A program made the translations under genes and the position numbers. A stretch of DNA of 64,000 nucleotides from Massalongia carnosa (taxonomy: Eukaryota), in the NCBI GenBank assembly GCA_965645245.1, contig OZ287073.1, forward strand, positions 310,001 through 374,000, read 5' to 3'. The notes below the pieces were generated by a model, which saw only the letters and a list, made by a program, of their open reading frames with translations, searched no databases and was not told where the DNA came from. This document shows, one piece after another, positions 36,371 through 46,622 of the stretch (position 1 is its first letter; the number at the start of each line of letters is the position of its first letter).

Positions 36371-37438
36371 CCGTCAGTCTTGGCGAAAACATGTCGCATA
36401 CATCACGTGATATGCTTGGTCAAGGGTTGAATGGTTCATTGAACCTCATGTATATAAGATAGCTGGAGATCGCCGTTATGAGACGTCTAGACTCAACTCA
36501 TGTTACTCATGGCATACACTATATAGTCTCTAGCTACTTCAGAGCAATACTAATACCTGTTCCTATCCCATCTTCTTCCCTGTAACTGCATCTCTCAACC
36601 CTCTCGTCGGAGACTACCTACCATGTCAGGATGCTAGGATCATTTCATCATTTCTAGATTCTAAAAATTATGGTTTCACGAAACAATCCACAAAACTATC
36701 TGCCCGGCCGGATGGGCATCCACTATTCTAAATCTAGCTCTTCTTCTGTTTGAGTATGTTCATGTCGGACCGTTCTTATTGATCTGGAAAATGATGTTCT
36801 CCTTGTCTATCTAAACTGGAAATTCTAGCTAGCTATATAGACCATTTCGCCACATTCTTTCATAATCTAGATATCTTCCAGCCACTTCTATTTACTAATA
36901 GATCATTAGTGATCCGGAACCCATGCGAGGTACAATGCTTTGAAATCATTGAGTATTAGAAATCAGATATATGGCATAGAAAGAAATAGCATCTGAAAGA
37001 TCGAGGCCTCGGTTATTAGTCCGAAATCACGTGCTTTTCCTTCAACAGGATCTTACTTCGGGAATTGGCTTGAACCACGGTCTATTAATATCGACAGTTC
37101 ATGAGTCCCTTGATTTGCTCCCTCAGCTCATCCTTTTCCTTCTTGAGCTCATCCATCTGCCGTTCCATCTCCTCCCTTTGCCTTTCCACCTTCTCCTTGT
37201 TCTCTTCAACGACGTTTTTTATATTTGTTGTATTTGTTAATATCGTTTCTATAATTACTTTCTAGATAAATCGTAACAATTTTCGTAAATGTCGATGAAT
37301 ATAACGAACCTGTAAGTTTATCCGAGACTCGGCTTCATGTTCTTGATATTCAAGAACGCGACAGAAATCTTCGGATAATATAATTGTTCAAAAGATATAC
37401 GTATAACGATTAGTTTAATTATTATTATCAACTGATAT

Positions 37439-37680
37439 TGTCACGGTTTTACTCGACACTACTTCAGTACCAGACTATCGACCTAACTACTTCGGATCTA
37501 ACTCTCGAGCTCGAGTTTAGGCTGACACAAGCGGAACAAGCCGCGGTTGAGTCGGTTGAGGACTAGTGGGCGCTGGACTATATAGAGGCGAGATTTATCT
37601 TTCGATTGTTCTTTTCTTCTTTATCTTGATTGTTTCCCTTTCTAGTGTCCCTATAGACTAGTTCTAGGTAGACCATAACA
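37439..37680. mobile_element. Solo LTR (242 bp)
   Basis: TGTCACGG...CCATAACA flanked by an exact GATAT duplication (37434-37438 and 37681-37685). Confidence 0.88.
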
Positions 37681-37771
37681 GATATAATATTTTAATTATT
37701 TTCCTAAATGATTTTAAAACTTGATTTAAGATAGATTTTTTTCAATCGTGTCATTTTAAATAATTTAAAAT

Positions 37772-40002
37772 TTATTTCAACTCAATCGATTGTGTTTTCA
37801 AGTTCTCCATTTGCGTGACTTGATTATTCATAATACCATGCACATAACATTCTCCGATCAACTGATATAAACCGTTTCTTTCTTGCGGTCGCACCACAAA
37901 CGGAATATGACCTCCTATAAAGACGCAAATCTGATCGCCCACCTCCGCACCCCGGGGCAGTAGTCCCATGTACCGTTTAAATGTCGTGCCGAATCGTCGA
38001 CCTTTGACCGCCGCTTCAAAGGCGACTTGCATTTGGCGATATATTCGGCTCGGACTTCTGACTTTCAGGTTGTCTAGGGTAAGTCTCCGCTTGAATTGTG
38101 GCTGACCTGGCATTGAGGGCGTCGAGCCGGTTGCTGAATCAATAAGAAGCGCAAATATTTGAGCGAACTCTGGAGGTGCATGCTGGAACCCGGAGGCGTC
38201 TTTCCCAGCAACAAGTGTCTGCCAGAATGAGTCGAAAAGCCCAGAATCATATGGACAGGGTTGGCAATCGTTTGTCGCATGCTGCACGCTCATTGTCACG
38301 AATTGACTCGTTGGACTTGTTTTACAAGGAACATCTTCTAGGCACGAAGCTGCTAGTGGACCGATATTTGATATTATATCGAAAATCATCCCACGCAGGA
38401 TAATTGACTTGCCTCGATCTTTAATTTGTGGTTTTATCTGCAAAGGTTTCGTAGCTTGGTACATACCGAACCCCTTGAGATAACCTAGTGAGGTTGTCTG
38501 TCGAGGGGTACTCCAGCATGGAACCCATGATGGACAGTCTATTGTGGGCTGATCATGGTCTACACAACATAACAAAGACATCGGATCATCTGATAGTATT
38601 GTCGTAGCAGCTTCTGTGTAAACATCGGATACTGCCTTGGTATAATCTGGGTTGATCGTTGTCGATGCCATCCCCATTACTGCAAAAACCTTGTCTCTTA
38701 GATCAGTAGCCTGTGCTCCGCGTCCTTCGACTAAGACAGATAGCAAGGAAGATTGAAGGACGAGGTTATAGTTGTAGGATTTCAGTTGATCGATCATTCT
38801 GATCCGGATACATCCTGTCTCCGACTTCAGATACTGCGTGAGATCGTGCCTGACCATGCAAATGGCAAATTGACTTAAGTCCGACCAGGGAATGCATATC
38901 TGGCCGTACATGACCTGAACATGCAGCGACCACACGATTTCCTGAATGATCCAAACTCGTTGAAACCATGGTAGACTGAGAAAACTGCTCAATCCCGACC
39001 AAGTTGCTGACCCAGGAGTTGGTATAGACATTCTTTCAAAATCCTTAGGGTCTGGAGCGCTCTCGTCAAGATTGTATCGAAATACTTCATTGACGGTCCT
39101 GATCATTTCGACAACATTGCTAATATCCCCTGCTGCCTCACCAAGCCATACGAGAGTGCTCCACGCACGTTGATATATTCGACTCATAAGAATCACTTGC
39201 TGCGATTTCTCTTGGAGATCCTGTTGATTGATACAAATTTGGTCAATCCAAAGCATTACTGCCACGTCGGTACGTCTTACGTGGCGCAAAGCAAGACTCA
39301 GATTTTCGGTTATACTCAATGATTTACCGTTGCAGGTGATAACTTTGGTGACGGCGGGGTCTCCCCATACATAAGAGAGTGCGGTATACCATATTCTATG
39401 TCGGTTAGTTCGAGACAACGCATGATTCGTATGATACCTGTATTCTACGTGTACATCGCGGGAGCGAGGTCTCTGTGGATACTCAAAATCCACGGAGCAG
39501 ACGTGCAATCGGCAGGATACCTGATCTTCCGGGTTTCCTGGATCGAGTTCCAGCACTCTCATGTCTTTTGCATCATTCAATGGGAAATAAAGGGTTTCAT
39601 CTGATTCTTCGAGGTCATCCGTTGTGGGTCCTAAAGCTTGCTTTAAGTGTTCTGAAGCTCTGGTCTCACTGACAAAACTTTCAAGAGCTTCTTTCTCGAA
39701 TGTGTCGAGTTCCTGATAGCATACTCCAACCTTGACAATATTGAGAACATTTTCTGACTCTCTTGACACATTTCTTCTTGCAATGACCCTTAATGGTACT
39801 TCACTCGATGTCAATTCCTGTTCCCAAATCGTATTCCATAAGCCTAAAAGTACTACAGTCAGAATAATATTTGAGACGAAACTGAGCGCATACGCTATAT
39901 GTGCCTACCAAGATCTTGATTCCATATCCTCTGATAATAATCATTTTTAATCCTGCTCCAGATCCAAGGTGAATCGTCTCTCGGCTCAGATAATAAGTCC
40001 AT
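37772..40002 (-). CDS. HET-domain protein (HET-6-like), about 721 aa; exons 40002-39909 and 39843-37772
   Basis: YTALSYVWG, LWIDQICINQ, WFQRVWIIQE, ATDLRDKVFAV, PSWVP, LIGECYVHGIM. A 65-bp intron (GTAGGC..CTGAC..TAG) supplies an ATG exon (MDLLSEPR). Confidence 0.9.
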
Positions 40003-40180
40003 TTCAACTCAGTTACCGAATACCGCTTCTCTTTTTTAGATTAATTAAACTCAACCCGCTAGGTGGTCAGTTTAGAGAAAAACCCGACCCGATCTTTATG
40101 TCAATATTAAACGTATTTTTTAGAGGTTTTATAAATTTACCAAAGATTCGGAAATTAGTCAGTAAAATTTTTATTATTTA

Positions 40181-40438
40181 TGTTGAAATAGGTATATGAC
40201 TATGACTATATGGCTATGTAATAAATGACAATGTGTATGACCCTGATGTATAAGATGAAGAGTTGCTATGAAGCAGTCTTTTCCTTTTAAGTGGTCACCC
40301 TCTACTAAGCGAAGTGATAATAGTTTATCCGAGCCTAGGTTGCTTAAGACACCGCTAAAGGTCTTAAGTAACCGATACAGTAAGACTGGAACTGATCTAA
40401 TCTAATCTGTTGTGCTGGTAGAAGTTGAACATTCAACA
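40181..40438 (-). mobile_element. Solo LTR of the Copia A family, inverted
   Basis: Reverse complement of 6977-7234; flanks ATTTA/AATTA (4 of 5 match). Confidence 0.95.
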
Positions 40439-40445
40439 AATTAGT

Positions 40446-40893
40446 TGTAAAGGACTGGGCAGGGGATTGAACTAATGTTCCTAGGAATTAGATTGGGTGA
40501 TCAAGGTGTCTTTATTAATAAGGCTATAGCTAGATGATGGATTGCTATACAAGACGTCGGACAAGGAGTCAACTATCTAATTAACTTGTCCTTCCTTTTA
40601 TATTTGTCTCGAACCCCTTTGCATGAAGATTCGATCAGTGTTCATCTCCCCCTATTAGGAGATGTACGGCACGAAGGTTTGACGAGGTGTTTGACGATAA
40701 AAGGTGGAGATGAGGTTCTCCTGTCGTTGGTACGCTTTGATGGTGATGGTACAGCTTTGACCTGAAGCCGTTGAGAGGGGTCTAAACTCGATTTAGTTAA
40801 TGAGATTCTGACTAAGCTGAATAGAGGAATGGGAGCTTAGTCAGATTCATCTGCGAGATTGATTCTGGATCGGGTTGGTTCGATTTCATAACA
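40446..40893. mobile_element. Possible additional solo LTR
   Basis: TGTAA...TAACA non-coding block; no TSD found. Confidence 0.3.
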
Positions 40894-41039
40894 CAACTGA
40901 AATCGTTTTCGTCGCCGCAATTTTATTGATCCCTCCCGCATCCTGATGAGATGATTGAGGCCCCGTATTACTATCATGAAATGAACCGACCTTGATGCCT
41001 TGCACATGTAATCATGAAATCTGTCGCTTGAGAATGAAA

Positions 41040-41084
41040 ATCACGTGACGCTTCCCTCGAGGCCCGAGGGAAGCGTCACGTGAT
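41040..41084. other. Perfect 20-bp-stem hairpin
   Basis: ATCACGTGACGCTTCCCTCG-AGGCC-CGAGGGAAGCGTCACGTGAT. Confidence 0.9.
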
Positions 41085-42315
41085 ACGTTGTTTCATGAAA
41101 TCTTTCATCGCGTTGACTCTTCCTTCATCCTCGCCGCTTCACTTTCATGAGTTATAAATACTCAGAGGATGATAAGACCCAATTGAAATCCTCGCTTAGT
41201 CTTCTACACTTCAGTCAAATTATTCATCAGGAAATGGTCAATTTCCCTGCCCTCAAGACTCTTTCTCTCATCTTTTTCGTCCTTCTCCGCATCCAGCCGC
41301 GACGATGTCCCCCCGCCCCGCAAGCTCGCACGCCTCCGCCCCTCCGCGTCCGCCTTCACCTCCTTCGCCTCGCCGCAGTGCCCGCCAGTGCGCCGCTCCT
41401 TCCGCGAAGCAATCTGCCGTCGGCCCGTCACGCAAGCGCCGCCGCGTCTTGTCTCGTCACTTTGTTCACACTCCCTCCAACAGCTCGACCGACGACGACC
41501 ACGAGGCGCCCTTACTCCAGAAGTCTCATGCTCTTTGCTAACCCTCCCACATGCAGCACTAAACCCAGTTCGACCGCGAATATCCTCTAGAAATTTGTAC
41601 CACCTCGTAGCGCGACGAATTCACCAAAATGTGTTTAAGCTTCTTCTCCTCGACCGAATCCTGTCTTTCGTTCAAGGTCGCTCATCTGCTTTTTCGGGTG
41701 CTCGCCAGCTTCGCCACCACTCGCGCCATTTTATCGCTTCAGCAGTGCCTGTGTAACGTCTTGAATCGCTCCGATCCCCCCGAGCCCGTCAGCGAAGATG
41801 TTCCCAGCTCTTTCCAAAACCTGTTGACTCTACCGTTGACTTTCGATCCCAACGCGGAACAAGCATTGATACGGGTTGCCCACGCGCCACCTCCGCCTAT
41901 CTCATATGCTTAATTGAATTGGGGGTCCCATTCAATAAAACTCGTAGGGACCAGATTTAGTTAAGCGGCGTACATGTCATCTGGGGTGGTACGGTGGAAT
42001 AACATTCAAGGGCAGGGTGCCATTTCGCGCCCTGGGCCGATTTACTTGATTCGAGCGGCCATTGATAGCCCGGCTTCGAAATTAAAACGCACCAGCATGC
42101 TGGGGGCTAGTGAAGTTGTCACCGTGACGGACGGCACCAGGCGTGTAAGCGGGATAGGGCCGGACGCTAGCAGGGAGGTGAAAAACTCTTCACCTCCTCC
42201 ATCCCCCATCTCTTCTCTCTTTCCTCATCAACACTCATCAAAAATCGAATTTCGCTGTTTCTACACACACATACTCACACACACGCAAACATATTATTCA
42301 TATTCTATTCACATC

Positions 42316-43431
42316 ATGAACACACGCAGTCAAAGCGGGCGAGAGAATCGCCAGACGATTCCTCCCCGTGGTGCGACCGGCAGTCGGGGTCGAGGCAGAG
42401 GCACACGCGGCCGGGGAGGCCGAGTCATACCTCAATCAGACTCTAGAGAGGCCACAATAGAAAATGAGTCATGCCACTCCTCCCCCGAGGCAATCCCGCC
42501 TCCAGACCGTCGCGCGGCCCTCAGGGCGGAAGCCGAAAGGCTACGAGCCGTAGCAAAAGCTAGAAAAATCGAGCAAGAGGAGGCAGAGCTCGAACGCGAG
42601 ATACAACGTCTCAGAGACGAAGCGGTGGCGTCACGCACAGAATCCGCACCACCCACAAATTCTTTAATACTACCAGCGAGACCGAGCGCGTTCGTGACAT
42701 TTCATGCTGAGGGTGCGTCTCCTATGTTTCATTCTCTGATAGCTCGATTTCCAATGGTAGACACGGAGCACTTCAAAAACATCCGTGACAAAAAGTTCAA
42801 AGTGGAGAATATTATGAAGCTGTCGACCGAATACGAGTCGGTTCAGCTCAAAAACAAATATCTAAGAATCGGGTCGACCGAGGTGGAATATCGGGAAGAG
42901 GACGCCCTGGCCTCGGACGCACGAGGAATCACACATCTTCTTCGCGCGTTTCTCATATACTGTCAAATCGTCATTCACATCGCTCACGCGGGCACACAAA
43001 TGGAACTACAAGCGGCAATGCACATCTACATCGATCAATTGCTAGGATGGTCTCTTCTATACACGTTCGAATCAATTCGTCAATTCCACTTCGGCTTTCA
43101 TAAAGCCCGCCTCGTGGAGGGCGTGGACGACCCACGCGGTTGGCGGACCCCGAACAGAGGTTTAGAAGAACGAAAACTCCGTCGAAAAATCGATTACAAC
43201 GCTGGCCCCAATATTCGTCGAACACAGAGCACGAATTCGCTCGTTCAACGCATGTCAAGTCAAGACGATCAACGCGGCATAGCAGCGTGCAGACGATACA
43301 ACAACGGCGGCGATTGTCCAAGCAACTGCACATTTCGTCACGTTTGCGCGTCATGCGGACGCCAGCATACGAAACGCGATTGTCGCATGCGCGTCAATCC
43401 ATATCCTCCACAGCAAAGCAAGCACAGTTGA
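42316..43431 (+). CDS. Gag-like protein of the DIRS/Ngaro-like element (371 aa)
   Basis: MNTRSQ start after a CA-rich leader, RG-rich tract, coiled coil, and CRRYNNGGDCPSNCTFRHVCASCGRQHTKRDC. Confidence 0.8.
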   Translation: MNTRSQSGRENRQTIPPRGATGSRGRGRGTRGRGGRVIPQSDSREATIENESCHSSPEAIPPPDRRAALRAEAERLRAVAKARKIEQEEAELEREIQRLRDEAVASRTESAPPTNSLILPARPSAFVTFHAEGASPMFHSLIARFPMVDTEHFKNIRDKKFKVENIMKLSTEYESVQLKNKYLRIGSTEVEYREEDALASDARGITHLLRAFLIYCQIVIHIAHAGTQMELQAAMHIYIDQLLGWSLLYTFESIRQFHFGFHKARLVEGVDDPRGWRTPNRGLEERKLRRKIDYNAGPNIRRTQSTNSLVQRMSSQDDQRGIAACRRYNNGGDCPSNCTFRHVCASCGRQHTKRDCRMRVNPYPPQQSKHS

Positions 43432-43915
43432 CTATCCGTCTCAAGCGCTCTCTCGTTCATTTCCGAGGGTTTTCCATATCGAATAGACACCGACGCGGAT
43501 GCGGACAAGGTACGATGCCCACTTAAGTCAGCGGGATGGAAACGACGATTGGAGAAACATCCAGAAAGTGTCTATAGAAGGACAATTCTTAACATCATTC
43601 GATGTGGGGCAAGGATTGGCTACACAGGGCCAAAACAGCGTATCATAAGCCCGAACCTATCTTCTGCCAAAGATGCACCCGAGGTGTTGTCCAAAGATCT
43701 GGACGAACAGATTCAAAATCACCGTGTAGTACCCGTACGGGAACCACCGCCTCACTTTATGTCCTCCCCACTGGGCCTCGTCCCCAAGCCCAATGGCAAA
43801 TGGCGAAGAATTCATCATTTGTCTCATCCACTCAAGGGCTCGGTCAATTATCACATTCCCGCTGAATGGGGCTCCCTAGTGCACACGTCATTTGACGAAG
43901 CACTAGAAGCTCTAA
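43432..43915 (+). pseudogene. RT N-terminal fragment, in frame with gag after a single TGA
   Basis: Open from 43432. Similarity to RT ends at HTSFDEALEAL, where unrelated sequence begins. Confidence 0.8.
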
Positions 43916-44259
43916 CCATAGTATTCTCTGGAAACCTTCAGGTATCCATTCAGGGAATTGTTCCGATTGGCCTACGGAGCAGGATAAAACATTTTCTGAA
44001 TGGAAAGCTGCAGGTTTCCAGTGGAAAGCAGAAGTGTTTTGCTTGCAGTTGCTGTACGCAGTCATATAAAGCATATGAATCAAAACTTTGTATGTGAATG
44101 TTTTGGAGAACGCTTCATAGATCACAATAAAGTTTGTAATCAAGTAGTTTCATGCAGAATTGATATAGTTGTGATTTATTGAAGTATTTTTCTTCTACAA
44201 ATTATCGGTCGCATGCAGTTCTATCCCATACTCTAACCCATATGCTTAAATGCACCGTA

Positions 44260-46620
44260 GCACGCGGGGGACAAAAAAAAAACTACACCAAAATTTAACC
44301 GGGCTCAACTCCCCACCAAAACACAAGCAATTTACATACGATTTTGATGGGATAATTATCATTATTATGAATTCTAAACATATCGAGACTCCTACCAAAG
44401 CTAAAATTCAGGGAGCCGTTGAATTTTGCGAAAAGCAAGGCATTTCTTATCACAAAGAGGATGTTTTTCGCACATTTGATGTGGAACGTACGAGGGGCTA
44501 TGCATACCTGCGTGAAGGAGCCCCATCACGCCGTCATCATAATAATTCCGATGTTTCTGAAGCTCGTGGGCGTCACAAAATTGTTACGCCTAAATTGATT
44601 AGAGAAATGGAACGGCTATTGGAAGAAGAAGGTATGGAGGCGCGCGCTCTTACATGGGAGCAATTGGGCTTCGAAGTAGCCTAGACTGCAGTGGCAAAAC
44701 CATTCAACGAATCATGGGCACCATGGATTATCACAAATGTATTGCGTGCAGAAAGGGATGGGTGAACGAGAAGACAAGAAAGCTTCGAAGTGGTCAGATG
44801 CTATGCTTTCTAGATATCCAAATGCAGAAGACTGGAAACAAGTTCGATTTAGCGACGAAGTGCACTTTGGATGGGGACCTCAGGGCAAATTACGCATCAT
44901 ACGAAGATTAGGTGAACGTTATTGTCATGATTGTATTCAAGAAGCAGATGAACCAGACGAGGCCGTCAAGAAGAGACATCATTGTTGGGCTGCTGCAGGT
45001 CATGACTTCAAGTCAGATATCTACTTTTACAAAGTTCCTGGAAACTTCAATGGAAAGATGAGTCAACGAGTCTATATCGACTCTATATTGGAGCCTATTG
45101 TGAAGCCTGGATTGATGTAATACGGATGGCGCTAGAAGGATACGTGATCGCCTACGGCGGTTGCGGGATTAACTAGCATGAGCCAGGCCGTAGTACTTAG
45201 TCGCACAGCTGTCGAGGTTGACACGACGCCACCTTGCCACACAACTCCGAATTAGTTGTTACTACGTTCTAGACTGCTTACAGATCAAACACCTGCCGAG
45301 GCCGTGGTGGTAGATTGCCATGGAGTAAGGCGAACTCCTGTGGAGAAGCCGTGAACTCTATATGGAATCTACTGGCCTACCCGGAGCTACTCGATCTCTT
45401 GATGGATCAAGAGTTGTAGCAGGAGGCACGGCTAGCTTGACGCAGCTTGAGCTCGGCCTCCCCGGTGTAAACTTCAGCTTCAACCTTTATTGCTACGTTG
45501 GTAGTGATGTCGGCTGAATGAACCTACATGACCTTGTGGTCTAGACCTTGTGTCTAGAGGCAGGTCCGCAGTGTAGATATAGATTCAGTCGGAGGTAACC
45601 TTCCATCGCTACGTTGGTAGTGGTGACGGCGAAATGAAGCTACATAGCCTCGGCGTCTAGACTTTATGTTTAGAGGCAGGCTAGCAATGTAGTGAGGGAT
45701 CTAGCCGGAGGTAGAAGTGTTCTACCTTGCAAGGGAAGGTCTAGAAGGCTGCTCGAGGCTGACTAGATGATCCAGCGAACGCCGAGTTCGTAGATGGATC
45801 CTGAGGGATGGTTAGATGTAAGACGATAAGGTCAGAAGTGGGTTGCAAGGCTCCTAAGGTTCCAAGGCTCCCAAGGCTATAGGCTTGGGGTGAGTAGGAT
45901 AAATACCAGAACGAATCTTGTAGTATTCGTTAACAATTAGTCTTTATTCTATGAACAACCTACGTTTGGGTCTCGGACGAGATCTCTTGGTCTGAGCACT
46001 TCCACATCGATTAGTTCTTTGGATCACATATACTCTCGGAGACCAGCACGTAGTAGCTATCTTCCACCTCTCACGCTGAGCATTTCCCCTTTCGAGATCA
46101 GTGTCGCTCGTGATAAGCTTACTGGTCTCGTAGCTCATTACAATTGAAGCAAAACACGATTTCGTCTTAGAAGAAGACGGTGATTCTGGACATGGACCAG
46201 GCAAATCAAACATTGTACGCACTTGGAAGCAGAACAATGATCTGAAGCACTATTTCAACTGTCCATGTTCACCTGATTTGGCCCCCATAGAAAATTGCTG
46301 GCAGGCCCCGAAGCAATATTTAAAAAAATATCCTCATTGGGATGATGATACGACCAAGGGGCTAATTTATGAGGGGTGGGCGAACGTTTCCCAGGCATTT
46401 ATCAATGAACGGGTGTCTACTATGCCAGATAGATTGAGAGCTGTTTTGGATGGTGAGGGTAAAATGACTGGTTATTGAATAGATTGAATGAATTGGATGA
46501 CTGGTTGTTGAAATGGTGATTATCCCATCAAAATTGTATGGAAATTGCTTGTGTTTTGGTGGGGGCTTGAACCCGGTTAAATTTTGGTGTAGTTTTTTTT
46601 TTGTCCCCCGCGTGCGTAGG
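44260..46620 (+). mobile_element. Tc1/mariner-superfamily transposon A (DD37E spacing), inactivated
   Basis: ~105-bp TIRs (GCACGCGGGGGACAAAA.../...TTTTGTCCCCCGCGTGC). Transposase 44367-46478 with [13 protein letters not shown] and SPDLAPIENCW; frameshifts and a solo-LTR insertion. Confidence 0.92.
45116..46142. mobile_element. Solo LTR (1027 bp) inside transposase A
   Basis: TGTAAT...ATTACA with an exact ATTGA duplication (45111-45115 and 46143-46147). Confidence 0.92.
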
Positions 46621-46622
46621 TA

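Larger units (their letters stand above)
41946..43915 (+). mobile_element. Tyrosine-recombinase retrotransposon (DIRS/Ngaro-like), 3'-truncated
   Basis: A gag-like ORF ending in a Cys/His finger cluster, followed by an RT N-terminus typical of this group (CPL...W...LEKHP, GARIGYTG, SPLGLVPKPNGKWRRIHHLSHP..SVN). No protease. The YR and the RT catalytic core are absent, and the left boundary is inferred. Confidence 0.8.

Noticed and set aside
28000..37400. Many short ORFs as genes, and a uniform RIP signature
   Set aside because: Apart from the listed remnants they have no recognisable motifs. Nonsense changes are mixed (CAG to TAG, TGG to TGA and others), so RIP cannot be asserted without alignments.
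40937..41000. Hammerhead-like CTGATGA...GAAA with GCATC/GATGC pairing
   Set aside because: Stem III cannot form and stem II is out of register.
41974..42315. N-terminal 114 aa of the 485-aa ORF
   Set aside because: Overlaps the non-coding repeat and a CA/CT-rich leader; ATG 42316 is the likelier start.
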